The position numbers and the translations under genes were made by a program. From positions 620,001 through 684,000 of the forward strand of contig JBLDXI010000016.1 of NCBI GenBank assembly GCA_047495785.1: a stretch of DNA of 64,000 nt, given 5' to 3'. How positions within the stretch are numbered: position 1 is the first letter of the stretch; each line of letters opens with the position of its first letter. Shown here piece after piece: positions 1 through 13,315 of this stretch. This DNA comes from Lepidodermella squamata (taxonomy: Eukaryota > Animalia > Gastrotricha). The notes beneath the pieces were generated by a model that worked only from the letters and a program-made list of their open reading frames with translations, was not told the origin of the DNA and ran no database searches.

Positions 1-352
1 CCGTCTGACCGTCAGTTTCGGGATGAAAAGCTGTAGAGAGATTGGCTTGACAGCCGAGTAATTCCAGGAGGCGCTTCCAAAAATGAGAGGAGAATTGCGA
101 GCCGCGATCCGTAACGACATCTTCGGGCAAGCCATGAAGTCGGAAGACTTGATCAATCACAGCTCTCGCCGTTTGCTCAGCAGTGCGTAGACCGGAAAAA
201 GAAATAAAATGCGCCATTTTAGTAAGGCGATCAACAACATTCAAGATACAGGTCATACCGTTCGACGGAGGCAATTCAACAACGAAATCCATCGAAATCG
301 AGGACCATGCTCGTTGGGGCGTTGGCAACGGTTGTAGCAGACCATAGGGCTT

Positions 353-1555
353 GTGCTTATCTGCCTTGGCTCGAGCGCAAGTTTCACAAGATCGAATGAA
401 CTTTCGGACGTAGTCGTACTGACGGGGCCACCAGTAATCGCGAGAGATCAGCTCGACAGTCTTCTTGACACCAGGGTGCCCAGCAACTTTGTCATCATGC
501 CGGCTCCGAAGGACTTCGAGGCGCAAGGCAGCCGGAACATAAATCAAGTTGTCGTAAAGAAGAACGCCATTCGCCTCACCCAGCCGCTTGCGATCGATGT
601 TGATAGAAGCTGGTTGGCCGGCCAACAAGGACCGTGCAGCCTTCGAGAAATCGTCGACTTGTGCTTCGCGAATTCGATCGTGCAGTGGGCTCTGTAAATG
701 AACAAACGAACGCGTCGCCATGATTCGCAAATTCTTCGATTGTAGAATGAATTGAGGCTCAGCGTTGACCACACCTGGCGACTGATGCTGTGATTTTCGG
801 GATAAAGCGTCGGCCTTGCCACATTTTGAACCGGGGCGATAAGTGATAACAAAATCGAAACGGGCGAAAAACTCGGCCCATCGGGCTTGGCGTTGATTCA
901 GAATTTTGACCTTGCTTTCGAAGAATTCGAGATTTCGAGATCACGTCAAAATGGTGCTACAACGGCTTCGAGATAACAAATTGTTCGCCAAGCTCACAAA
1001 ATGCGAGTTCGAAGTTGAGAAAGTGGAATTTCTTGGATTTCTTGTCGGCACGGATGGGATCACCATGTCGCCAGCGAAGGTCGAAGCTGTTCGAAACTGG
1101 AAAAGCCCGACCAACCTCAGGGAAGTTCAAACTTTTTTAGGTTTTGCTAACTTTTATCGTCGATTTATTAGAGATTTTGCCTCGATAGCGAAACCGCTGA
1201 CTCGGTTGATGCGCAAAAACTCGGTCTTTGTCTGGAGCCGTCAAGCTGAAGAAGCCTTCATGGAATTGAAATCGCGTTTCACTTCGGCACCGGTTCTGAT
1301 TCATGCTGACCCGAAGAAACCGTTCAGTGTCGAAACAGATGCTTCAAACTTTGCCGTGGGCTGCATTTTGTCTCAAGTGGCAGCTGACGGTTATCTTCAC
1401 CCTTGCGCCTTCTACTCGAGGAGCCTCACTGAGGCTGAACAAAAATACGGCATTTTCGACAAGGAACTCCTGGCAATCAAAGTCGCGTTCGAGCAATGGC
1501 GGCATTACCTGGAAGGCGCTCGTCACCAAGTCACTGTTTTTACCGACCACCGAAC
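353..1555 (+). mobile_element. Ty3/Gypsy LTR retrotransposon pol remnant: degenerate aspartic protease, C-terminal RT and RNase H; truncated after VTVFTDH
   Basis: ORF 906-1607 has HVKMVLQRL..KCEF..VEFLG..FLGFANFYRRFI..VETDASNFAVG..DKELLAI..FTDH. ORF 353-697 has a protease-like LLDTRVPSNF motif. The RT YxDD core and the integrase are absent. Confidence 0.9.
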
Positions 1556-2162
1556 GATGACGTATCAACGACAACGTAATAATCACGGCATAATCGCAGT
1601 ACAATAAACATAACAATGTTCCCAAGTTCCTTACATCCATTTACTTTTTCCTCACATAGCGAAATGCTCGCATTTCCAGCAGATTATCGTGAAAAAATTA
1701 AGTGGAAAAGTACGGATGACGAATGGAAAAAATCGTCTGTTTTAGCGGATGCCACGAGGCTAAAGCCTATGGTCATCCACAAACGGCTTAAATAGCGTCT
1801 TATTTTTAATGCTATTGTTAGTATCAAGTGTGTGAGTGTCGCACACACGTCGTTATAGAGGGTAAGAAGAATGACAGGCGGCAGCATAGGTTCGGCTCCA
1901 CAAATATCCGGCTGAATAAGGTGTGTACGCGGCCGAGAGGCAGCGACTTCTTTAGACTGGCTTTAGTGTATAATTGATAATTGTTGTGTTTATTGGTTCA
2001 AAATGAAAAAAGATATGTCTTGAAGTAGCATGCTAGCGATCCTCGCCAGTGTACAAAACAGAATTATATTTGGCCGGTTTGGAAAAATATGACGTAAGAG
2101 GAAAAAGACTGGCGATTTCACACTGGGATAAAACAATTCATCAGTGATGGTCAGTGATCAAG

Positions 2163-2925
2163 TTAAACTGCATTCGTGGCGATCCAATTGACGTATGATG
2201 CCACACGGGTCGAGACGTCGTAGTCGGAGCCGCAACCTCTGCCGAACGAAGTGATGCCACATAGCTTGTAATAGCCTTGCGAGAAGGACATGACAGGACC
2301 GCCAGAATCACCCTGACACGCTGATACAACCGCACCTTCGTAACCTGTTTACAATAAATAGATTAGACAAGTCTGATTTCTTCAAGGTGAGAACGCGTCA
2401 TGCCTGCGCAAAGCATTGTGTCGGTTAGCGTGACAGACTGCTTAGTTTGGCATGTCATTTTGCTAACAACCGGCGATGAGAGGCGATGTGATGTATCTTA
2501 AGACATCACAGCAGTCACACCGAGCGATCCTTCGTTGCAATCGTCTGAGGCTGACTTGGGGAGGCAGATTTTCTGAACAGCCCAATTTGGGAAGTTCAGC
2601 GAACCTTAATATCCAGTATCCTGCCCGTAGAGCGCCGCGCTATAAAAGAAAGAAATTCGAATCACCAGCTAGCACTTCATTTGCGAATAAACTCACAGGA
2701 GAGGCGATGCAGCTGTGAGGATATACCCTATCACTGATGATTGCTCCGGCAGCGTACACCGTTTTTCGGGTATCGACGTTAAATATTTTCACCTGTGCAG
2801 TCCAAGGGTAGCTGAAAAAATCCACATAATATGTACAATTTGTAAGCCATCCAAATATGAACAAACCATCCAAAGATCACAAGTATAAAGACGGCAAGGC
2901 TCGAAAGAAGTCTTGCTGATGACAT
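2163..2925 (-). pseudogene. Protease family copy A, collapsed by multiple internal deletions (about 760 bp)
   Basis: ATG at 2925 with a signal-peptide piece, exon 2 (YPWTAQV..YILTAASP), scraps of exons 3, 9 and 10, and a complete last exon CQGDSGGPVMSFSQGYYKLCGITSFGRGCGSDYDVSTRV..NAV*. Confidence 0.85.
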
Positions 2926-3282
2926 TTTTAAGGCTTGGATATAAGAATGTTGCAGCGAAAAGGATCAAAGCGAGACGGCAGTTTAGAACGCGTCAGAACT
3001 ATGACAGGAAAAGTTTTTTTCATCAATTTCACTTTCTCTTGGTAACGGCTGTGTCAAAATTCACGGATGTTTTTGAGATAACCTAGCAACGTTGGTGATA
3101 GAAAAAAACTGTCATGGAGCACGTTCAAATTATATTGCTTGTGGTCATCATGAGATTTGCTTCAATTTCAAGCAGGCTATAATCCTTGTCAATTTCCTTA
3201 GCAAGTATTAACCACACCGGCCATGACGGTGCCTTTTACGTTAGATCGGGAATCTTATTCACCGCCTGCGTCAGAAAAGACA

Positions 3283-3392
3283 CAGCGGGTCGAGACGTCA
3301 TAAAATCAGGAGGTCGTATTCACCGAAGCGTTCCAACATTACAGTCGTCCGATAATGCTGTCGCATCTGTCGTGAAATTCAGCGCTGCTAAA
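3283..3392 (-). pseudogene. Highly eroded scraps of exons 11 and 9 of another protease paralogue
   Basis: cgggtcgagacgtc and gttccaacattacagtcgtccgat..tcgtgaaattcagcgc resemble the corresponding exons in copies E and F. Confidence 0.45.
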
Positions 3393-4671
3393 TAAAGGTT
3401 TCAACATGCGAAAATCCATGAAGTTAGGTTACAATATCCGATATCAGGGAGCTTTGTAGCGGAAAGCGGAAATTATCTGGATCATAGTGGAAAAATGCAG
3501 TGAAACGGCCAGAAATATTTCCTGCTATCCCGCGCTGCTTGAGCCAGGATTTCACGATATCCGGGCTGATTTAAACTCAGGTCAAGGCACAGTATCTTCT
3601 TGACTTTGGTTTCCATGACTTCTGGGACCGTGCTCAAACATATTAATCGAAAATACGGGAAAATGCTGCTATAATATCGAAAACCGAAGAATGAAAATCA
3701 TCCGCTTTTGCCACCATTGCGGCATAGAGAACGTCGTTCTCTATGCATTGCGGTCAATTTTAGACCGCAAAATAACATGTGAAAGAAAGCCCAATTCACA
3801 TTTTTCAACCACGCAAACAACATGGCACCCCAGTCACAAAGGCGGCGTTAACTTTAATAACAAATACTACCATAATAAAGGTAACTGAAGTCGAAGAGTA
3901 TATCGTTATATTAGCAATCAGCAAATCGTCCATCTTTCAAAGTTCCAAATCATGCATGAGTTTCATACGCTTTTCAGACAGATAGGAAATCGGAAAACGT
4001 TATAGACACAGGAGCATATATATTTAATTTATGTTATGTAGATTAGTATGTTTCATAAACTATTTGGGTTTTGATTGTTGATATAATTTGAGTACAGGTG
4101 ATGATTTACGATTCGGAAGCCGTGGTTCAATACTTGAAAAGTTATTTCGACGGCTTTGGCGCTGTTGATGCCCAAGTTCTGCAGAAGTTTCATTGCTTAA
4201 ATGAACCCCGAGCACCAATGCTGAAACCAAGCACTTCAATCGACAATTGAGTCTAAATTGTAAGCCTCGCAAATAAAATCACTGTATGGCTCGTATAGAT
4301 TGTGCGTTTCTTCTTGTGCGTTGTTAACCAGTGCGAATTGATCAATTGATGATTCGCATCGGTTTGTCGGGTCGATTACTGTACCGGTTCTGCTACCTTT
4401 GCTAATAGCTAGGATGTCGAATCGTCGTGAAGAGCCGTTGCTGGCCGCGCAATGTCCTCCTCTTCAGAAGCAGTTTACTACTCGCCTTCGGACCTGGGTA
4501 TAACCCGATAAACCAAACCATCGGTCCTGAAGATGTTCCGAAAATCGAACATAATCCTCAGAAGCATGATCCACCCTTGAAATATACACCCTTGATGTAA
4601 GAAAAGTATGACGGGCAATTGACTGGGATAAATTTTTTTTTATCATAGATCATAAATAGACAGTGAACAAG

Positions 4672-4750
4672 TTAAATTGCATTGGCAGCAATCCAAGCTA
4701 AGTAAGATGCCACACGGGTCTGAACGGTGTAGGTGGAACTGCAGATCTTG
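4672..4750 (-). pseudogene. Protease family fragment B (3' end of the last exon only)
   Basis: Encodes ..CSSTYTVQTRVASYLAWIAANAI*. The adjacent 3' flank (cccttgatgtaagaaaag..) is shared with the paralogues. Confidence 0.8.
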
Positions 4751-4773
4751 CAGTTCCACCTACACCGTTCATG

Positions 4774-5671
4774 GCTAAATTCCGGGCCCCCCTTAGATAC
4801 GAGCAGGCCCCAAGCAAGTTGAAATATGTAACAAAATTAAGGCCGCGCGCGCCGATGTCAAAGGGCAAATTTCGAATATTCCGGCGGTGTTTATTTCTAA
4901 ATAAAATTTAAAAAATTCGCTATCGAATAAATATAGGTTCTCGACCGGGAAATTCAAAATAAACAAGTTTTATGTTCGCTCCAAATTCCGCGCTGTGGTT
5001 AGAGGCGCGCACATGTGCGCATTGAAGGTCAGAAAAACTTTTTTATTTTAAATAATTCGCGCGAGAAACCCATATTCAATCGATAGAGAATTGTCTGAAT
5101 TATTGTTTTGGTATAAAAACCGACGCGATATTTAAAATTAAGCATTTAAGATCATCGCGCGCGGTAATAATTTTGTTAAAAATCAGCTTTTCGCTCGCGC
5201 GCACCAGTCGCACTTTTCTGATTCCTATTTTTTAACGAAATTATTACCGCGCGCGATGATCTTAAAAGCTTACTTTTAAATATCGCGTCGGTTTTTATAC
5301 CAAAATTATAATTCAGACAATTCTCTATCGATTGAATATGGGTTTCTCGCGCGAATTATTTAAAATAAACAAGGTTTACGCGCACCTTTTTTTGCGCGAT
5401 TTTGCGCGCCGGGTGAGAGCTCGCACACTCGCTTCTCGTATATTTAGGTGCGCGTAAAACTTTTTTCCTTTAATTCTATAACGTGAGAAACTATATCTAT
5501 TCGATGATTTTTATTTTGGTATAAAAACCGCCAACAACTTTCATCAGCGAGCGCGGCCCCGAAATTAATAAAAATTTCAACTTAGCGCGCACGCACAAGT
5601 CCACTTGTACCTCTGATTGCGCAACCATAGCTTGGGGCCTGCTCGTATCTAAGGGGGCCCCGGAATTGAGC
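4774..5671. mobile_element. Non-autonomous TIR element with ~41-bp TIRs and an internal ~145-bp inverted repeat
   Basis: gctaaattccgggccccccttagatacgagcaggccccaag at 4774 is inverted at 5631-5671. An internal palindrome lies at ~5045-5190 and 5228-5369. A related copy is at 48624-49240. Confidence 0.8.
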
Positions 5672-5829
5672 TAATTCATGGGCATGCGACATTTCAGCAG
5701 AAGACAAAACCGCAGGCAACTTTTTGTTGAAGGTTGAAGTAATAATTTCAACAAAAATAAAGAAATGGCCTGTTTATGGCTTGTTTTGTTAACAATTTCA
5801 TCTCTGTTGGAGATAAAGAAACACACCCA

Positions 5830-5980
5830 CCGCAAAGCTTTTACTTGAATTTGAATTTGTCAAGCTATATCGTCGTATACATCGCCGAACACAATACAAC
5901 TGCCTCTGATGGCGAATTTGTAGTAAAAGTTCCATCATGGATGTTCCACAATTCATTCAATGAAAGAACGCATGCAAACG
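5830..5980 (+). pseudogene. Inverted (plus-strand) fragment of protease intron 7 and exon 8
   Basis: ttgtcaag|CTATATCGTC encodes YIVVYIAEHNTTASDGEFVV, matching exon 8 of copy E in the opposite orientation. Confidence 0.75.
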
Positions 5981-6556
5981 CAGCAACAATGGCCGTCCAA
6001 ATAATAAGCCACATCCTTTTAATCTCGTTTTGTTGAAAAATACACTAGGCCAGATTGGAAACATTCGAACTTATGATGTAAGAAAAGTGTGAAGAACGAT
6101 TTTGCACTGTGATACAAAAAGTTATCATAGTTAGCCAACGAACAAGTTAAACTGCATTGGTGGCAATCCAATTGACGTACGATGCCACACGGGTCTGAAC
6201 GCCGTAGGTGGAACTGCAGATCTTGTGTCCGAACGATGTGATGCCACACAGCTTGTAATAGCCCTGCGAGTAGGACATGACAGGGCCACCAGAATCGCCT
6301 TGACACGCTGATGCACCCCCATCTTCGTAACCTGATAAAAATAAGTAGATTAGAAAAGTCTTATTTCGGCCAACAATGAATAGCCATGCCTGTGCACATC
6401 ATCGCGTCGGTTATCACGCCGGCACCATATGAAGTTTGACAAGCCGCTTTGCTAACAACCGGCGTTGTGATGTATCTCAGCACATCGGAGAAAGCTCCGG
6501 CGGAATTAGTTGCCCCCATCCTGATATTCAAAATCAACTTGTCAAAATTCAAAGTA

Positions 6557-9116
6557 CCCAGTCGTAAAAAAATAGATCCTAGCTAGACCCTAACCGCTAT
6601 TATTGGGTCTATCTGGATAGATCGTGTAGGATGCGAAAAATGACACTGGGGTAGATCTAGCTAGCGACTACCTAGACGGCGGACAGATCCTGATCGATAG
6701 ACCGGCGGTAGATCTAAACTTTCGCGATTAGATCGTGCGTAGATCGAGGTCATAATATCGGCTTGAACTGCCTGCATGAATCACGGCCCCAGCTGTTCCT
6801 CTACTTTTCATTTACTCTCATTAAAAGCAATCATTCCAAAATGTTTTCCATTTATTTATTTAAAAATAATGTTTCGCAATATTCTATTCTTCTTACTATC
6901 ACGATGTAGCAATTGATCAAAAATCACATAAATATTGAAAAATGTCTCTCTGCTTACAATTTCGATACCATTTTCCAGCAACTCAGCCGTTGCTGCCTCC
7001 AGTTATTTCGGCTTTCGCATTGTCGTTGTCACGTGTTGCTTCTGCCCTCCAGCTTTCATCTACTTTCAAAAAAATTTGTTTCAGGAAAATTTTAGCGGGG
7101 TATTGAAAATTCTCACCTCCGTTGGAACTTGGAACCCGACTTGACGCGGCGAAAGGGTGATTGAACACGTTACCTTGGCACGGTTTTCAAACCTGAACCT
7201 GAACAATCGTCTCAGAAATTGACTTCCCGCGTTGAAATTCGGCCGAACTTCCTCCTCGTGCCAAAATTTTGAATCGACTTTTGTTTCTGGAAAATTCAAA
7301 ACAAAGTAATGATTTTTTGAAAATTTTGAAATTTTTTTTCCTGGTCTTTGCAATAATAAAAAAATATATTGTTACTCACATAATTTGACGACGGTTAAAT
7401 TCGAAAAACAATTCGAAATTTTGGGCAGAGTTGGCGAAGCTTTAGGCGATCCATAAATTGAGGGAATTATTTTTAGACATAATGGGAACATGATAAAAAT
7501 TTATTCACTCACCAGCTGCCTGTCGCAGTTTTCAACCATAATCGTTCCATCTTTTTCTTTAGTCCGAAAATTGGTCTTCATCATAATCATAGCATCTAAA
7601 CAAATCGAAAATTCAAAATTGCGCGGTAGATATACGAAATTAGGAGAAGTTAATTAATTAATTAATTAAATTAGAAAGTTTCGACTTTTGTTCGGAAAAT
7701 TTGTAATTTAGCTGAATTATTAGCACAATTTACGCTGAAATGCCAAAGTGAATTTTAATAGTCAACTCGCCAAATTAGTTCAAGTTGCTAATAATTTTGA
7801 GGCAATCTTTCTGTTCAATCTAACAAATTTGGATATTGGAATTCAGATTTTTACGATTTTATTTTTACTCTATTTTTTTAATTTAGCTTGAATTATAGCA
7901 GAGGCTGGAAAATTTCTTACCGCAGTGGTGGTTGTTTTGTTGTGACTCGGCATAGGATAAAAGACTAAGATTTGCTAATTAGGACCGCGACGATATCTTC
8001 CGGTGTTGATCAGTCAGCCTGTTGATAAGGGATCGACAGGAAACTATATGAGGTAGCTTCATTAATTAAGGTGGAATTTTCGAAACAAATAACAAACCAA
8101 GTAGATCACGACTTGGAACTTCCTTAGTACGCGAAGTTGAACATGAAGCAATTTCGCAAAAAATTTAGTTGACGGGCGAGAATGGTTGACGTGAGTTTGA
8201 AGATCCAAAGTAGAAATATCAACAAATTCAGGAAAAAAAGACGGACATTTCAAGCCTGTACTACGGCCGACGGCTGACATCGGGATGGAGATTTATAAAA
8301 TTCTAAAAATGTCGAAAACTTTATTTAGTTGAAATGGGGTTCGAATCTACATGTATTTTAGAGGTAAGATTTAGTGGGTGAATGAACAGGCTTTCAGAAT
8401 TTCTCTGATCTTAAAAATCTTAATAAATTTACTAAGGCTATCAACTAAGAGCGTTGAGGTAGCAGCATAGCCTTAGCATTAGCAGAGAAAAAGCAAGTCA
8501 ACTTCAAGAAAATTGAACAAAAATTATGACTGAAAATGGCAAGTGCGAATTAGGTTAAAGAATGGCGAAATGAGAGATTTATTTCATTCTCAAAGTAGTT
8601 CAGAAATTCGTTGCTGTAACAATGGTGCGTCATAACGACACGTGCTGGACTCAAACCAATTTTGAATCGAGCAAGACAATTTATGACCTGAATAATGCCG
8701 TAGGTCATCTGTAGATCTATCGCCTTAGATCCATGTGTGTGAAATTGATGACCTAGGACGTGGCTCAGTCAGTGGTTAAATCAGAGCATCGCTGCTTGTG
8801 GTTCGACCCTGGCTAGATCGATCTGGTTAGATCCTATTTAAACGACCCTGGCCTACTCCAAGTGGCTAAACCTTCGTTGAGTAATTAAATGTGCTGATTA
8901 TTGCCAATGAATTGTCTGAAGCTGCACGAAATCTGACCTAGCGGCGATCGAGGAGCCACGATCTATGGGTATAGACGCAATTGGCACGATTCGGGCTGTT
9001 TGAATGGCCGCCTCGGTCTAGCTGTGACCTCATTTCTACGATCATAGCTGATAGATCTTTATTAGATCCTAATTCCATCATTCCGCTATTTCTCGGTCTA
9101 CTGATTTCCGACTGGG
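6557..9116. mobile_element. Non-autonomous CMC/EnSpm-like DNA transposon in intron 9 of copy C
   Basis: TA|CCCAGTCGTAAA ... TTTCCGACTGGG|TA, with dense subterminal TAGATC motifs at both ends. Removing it restores a short intron like those in the paralogues. Confidence 0.75.
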
Positions 9117-10214
9117 TAAATTGACTGATACTCACCGGCAGTCACGGCTGTCGTTCCAGCAATGCAATCGTCTGAAGCTGATGTTGGAAGGCAGATTTTC
9201 TGAACAGCCCAGTTCGTGAAGTTTAGCGCATCTATCAAAACGGTTACTTATTCATTTTTTTGATTGGGCAAGGTCAACTTTGTAAGTAAGTAAACTTAAA
9301 AGGGAAACAGATTATTGCAGAACGGATTACGAAGGCCTAGGTTTTGATTTAGGCTCACGACATTTGGTTTCTAACTTGGAGACACACTACAGGCTACAAA
9401 GTTGAGTGGATAAAACGCATAAAATGTACATGGCAATTTGACAAGGCCGATATCGTTTACAAACGTGTTTCCATTGAATGCAGCGTGATACTTCCAGGAC
9501 GCAGCTTGTACTGCGAATTCGCCATCGGAAACCGTGATATTGTGTTCAGCGATGGACACAGAAATTGACCTTGAAAATATATACTATGAAAGCTTCGGAC
9601 AGATTTCCTAGTAGGAGTTACTTGATCGAACCGGTTAGGCCCTGTGCTGCAGTTAACACATATCTAAGCAAAGAACGAATATTATCGAGACGACAATTAA
9701 TGGAGCCGGGAAGTTGCTTGCCTTTCACTAATGATACTGCCACTGCAAAAAAATGAACTGCCATCGTTCGCAACTATGGTCAGACGCACTGCCCTGTTGC
9801 ATTACATGAGCTTAGGCGAACAAGCGCTTTTTAAAAGCTGACATACCATGGGAATTGATTCTGCAGAGCGACCGAGCCTCCGACAATCCCGGCCCTTTTT
9901 GAAATTTTAACACGTTTCTGATTCCGGTTCTGATTCCGATATTACAGGAAGCTCAATTTACCCCAGAGGGACAAATTGGACCCACTTACCCTCATAATGG
10001 GTGTTTTGATTACCCAACGAAGGGTTTTAATGAGTAATCAGAACTTACAGTGTGATCTTATTGTCGACCGTTCGAATTCTCATAAAACACCATAATTTTT
10101 CCCATTTCCAATTGGCATCTTCGTTTTATTACAACTTAGTGACTTTTAAAAGTTTGAAACTTTTTTTCTTGGTTTGAAACTATAAAAACACGGCACCCAA
10201 TTTCGGTTTTTACG

Positions 10215-11915
10215 GTAAATCTGTCGCCCAGAAGTTCGCCCCATTTGTGTCGCTCAAAAGTAAATAAAGCCGCACTCATTGCGTAATCGAAACACTAATC
10301 CACCTTAATTCGTTCCTCAACGCGAAAGGCCGCGCCTGCATGAAAATCAGCCGCCTTAAATATAAAACTACGCGTAAAAAGACGCGCAAACCTATTTGAT
10401 TTGACGATTTGATGATGATTATTATGATACCTATTACATGGCGTGTAAAAAATTCCGCAGAGCGGGAATTCGATGCGCATCAATTTATTAAGGAGTTTTA
10501 AGAATTTCAAACATTCTTCTGCCAATGGAATTCCTCAATTTCTTGAAGCCATGGTTAATATGAACCGAATCACCTATAACTTGGAACTTGGGAAATGATT
10601 CATAGCGCGCGCCCTTTTTGAGATAATTTGGTGATCAGGGCAATGTGACAATCAACTTATTGGGCGTGTAGTTACTACGTGTAATACCTAATAAATAGGA
10701 ACTAACTTTGCTGTCTAGTTCTGTAGTAAAAAGGTCTCTAGCTAAGAGCTATGATTAAGAAATAGAGATCGCTTTTAGATCGCTCAACCACTAAGGTAAC
10801 GTGTGGCAACATCGTCGATTATGTATTATATAAAGCATGTCTATCGGTGCAGTATTCGAGAAATGCGCGGATAACGCACGAGGCCGTAGGCCGAGGGCGT
10901 TATTGCGTGCGCGCGCGCGCTTGACGGTATTGTGCTCACGAGAGAAAAAGACGGTCATTGTGCGGTTTTTAAACTTACCATTCACTACTATGAATCCCAG
11001 CGAGTTTAACGTTTTCACCGACGCGGATTTCAAAGCCGCTGTTCGGGCGCCAAAGAAAACAGCGTGATCTCGGCGATTTCTCAATCTACTACAACGGCCG
11101 TTTCGATCTCACAGCGTCGCCCGCTTGGCGCTCCCGTTTAGCCCGTGCGGTCATCCGAAGACTGCACCACGGTTATCTTGAAGTGCCCGCGCCTCGATTC
11201 GAAGGGCATTACCGTCATCGTTAAGAGCAACGAATGATTTTGTGTCTAGCATTTTCAGTGTTTGAGTAGAGAGAAGACAGTACGAAGAAGATTACTTGAG
11301 GTTTTTGTGGTGTAATAAAAGCGCGCGCATCCGGTCTAACCGTCTTTTTCTTTTATTGCCTATAATTTAAAGTAAGGTCCTCGCAATTTGACAGGAGTGC
11401 ATTATAAGAAAAGTTGTATGGATAATGCACTCAGATAACACGTCATCGGTGGTTTATAAATGATATAGCATCAGATGTTCGCGATTTCGGCATTGGGACT
11501 GGTTACAAATCAAATGCTTCAAAGACCGCGCTACGTATAGCCCATCTTCAAGGTCCCATTCGAACAGTTTGGATAAAAAATGAGCTAGCAGCTCATCTAG
11601 TAGGCCGAAAATATCCGCAATTTTGAATATTATAATGCTCGCAAACAGCGATTGGTTGAGCCGCAGTCAGTACTTCGCTTTCCAATTTTGGGAAAGGATG
11701 AGCGAGGAAATTATGAAAAAAACTTATGAAAACTTTGGGGAAAAGAATAAATTCTATGGCTTTATCTTGAGGCGCGTACTTGGGGCGAAAGTGCATTGAG
11801 GGGCGACGGTTGCATAATCGTGGCGGCTTAGTTTACTTTGAGGGCGTGCTTATTTTAAACGAGGGCTGAGATTAAATGAGGGCGAACTTTTACATTTTGG
11901 GGTGACAGATTATAT
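10215..11915. mobile_element. Old TIR element with degenerate inverted ends
   Basis: aatctgtcgccc..aagttcgcccc..aaagtaaataaagccgc (10218-10275) is imperfectly inverted at ~11820-11912. Confidence 0.4.
10823..11470 (+). mobile_element. Possible non-autonomous Crypton-like repeat nested in the previous element
   Basis: Hairpin ataacgc..gaggccgtaggccgag..gcgttat near the left end and gagtgcattat..ataatgcactc near the right end. The family assignment is from recall only. Confidence 0.3.
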
Positions 11916-12252
11916 TTTCCTGTTAGAGAAAATAGTGACCAGGATGAGCACTCAAGGTAAAGTTTTGATCTGCATTTTTAAATCGAGTACTTCTCTAATC
12001 AAGTCTTGATATCATCAAAACAAATGATACCCATAGTGAAAAAGAGAAAAGAGTTTTTGTATCTTAATAACGGCTGGCTTGCTCACCTCAAATCTAATTC
12101 CACGCGAAAGAGGAGCTCGCGTTCTGTACACACGCAAAATTTGGTAAACAACAGAGATATCCGTTTTGAGAAATTTAACTTTGAATGATACTGAAGATTT
12201 TGAAATCTTGGCTTGAGTGCTTACTCTGGGCAATTTTTCTCCACGGTTGTAC

Positions 12253-12689
12253 CATACAAATATAGCATTCGCTTCAAAAATATTGTGTTAGTAGGTATGC
12301 CCACGCAATATTTTTTGATACAGCACTCGTAAATCGTTTTTATAATATCTGAACTCGCCGTACTCGATTTACTCATCTCCACTCGTCTTCGACTCGTTCC
12401 GATTCGTAAATCTCGGCCGGCTCCGTTCAGATATAGACTCTTTATTCGTGCTATATCATACAAATATAGCATTCGCTTCAAAAATATTGTGTTAGTAGAT
12501 GCGCTCATATCGATTCACTCGATTTATTCATCTCCAATCGTTTTGGAATCGTTGGAATGAAAGCGAGCTGCGAAGAGTAAATCGAGTACGGCGAGTTCAG
12601 ATATAAACGATTTACGAGTGCTGTATCAAAAAATATTGCATGAGCACATGTACTCGATCTATATTTTTGAAACGAATGCTATATTTATG
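12253..12689. repeat. Foldback element with ~115-bp inverted arms plus an internal direct copy of the left end
   Basis: 12253-12375 is inverted at 12575-12689. catacaaatatagcattcgcttcaaaaatattgtgttagtag recurs at 12458. Confidence 0.7.
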
Positions 12690-13060
12690 CTTTATGAGAG
12701 GTCGCCTATTGTCTCCCGCTCCTCTTAGAAACTCACTAGCCTGCCCTGTTTCTCATGCAAATCAGAAGAAGTTTTCGGAATTCGGAATTCTATGCCAATT
12801 CTGAGCCAATTTCGCCTTCTATCATCAAAAGACAAATTTTCCTCAGAATTTATAAATTTGGCATAGCTAGAACCTTCAAATCTGAACCGGGGTGAAATCG
12901 AAATAAATTATGATTCGCGAAAGATTGTCTTTTGCTTCCCGCCCCCTTACTCCTTAGAACTCACTAGACTGAGTCGAGGAAGGTCAGCGAAAAGAAGAAA
13001 ATATATCCGTGCGAAAACGAGCCGCACAAGGAATATCTACTTCCGTTGAAAGCCACAAGC

Positions 13061-13315
13061 TGTCACGGGAACGAGACGATCATGAAACATAAGACAGTCA
13101 AATGCTACCCTTGAGTGACTTTATTGATGAAAACATTGACGATAGACTGAGCACTGATCACTGGCAATATCACAGCTTAAATAATGACAACTAATTAGAT
13201 AGAACGCACTACAAACTACAACATCAGAGCCTAATTATCCATGACGTGATTGTCCTTACAGCATAGATCAGCTTGACCATTATTTCCTCGATGCTCCGCG
13301 TCACCAATCGTTACA
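13061..13315 (-). mobile_element. Solo LTR (255 bp) inserted in exon 4 of copy C
   Basis: CAAGC|TGTCACG ... CGTTACA|CAAGC gives TG..CA ends and a 5-bp TSD. There is an AATAAA on the minus strand near 13120, and the exon resumes exactly after the TSD. Confidence 0.9.

Noticed and set aside
1909-1921. 12-bp match (ggctgaataagg) to the Helitron 5' region
   Set aside because: Too short, and no accompanying Helitron termini.
8760-8815. Second tRNA-like A/B box pair
   Set aside because: Too short and degenerate, lies inside a DNA transposon, and forms no cloverleaf.
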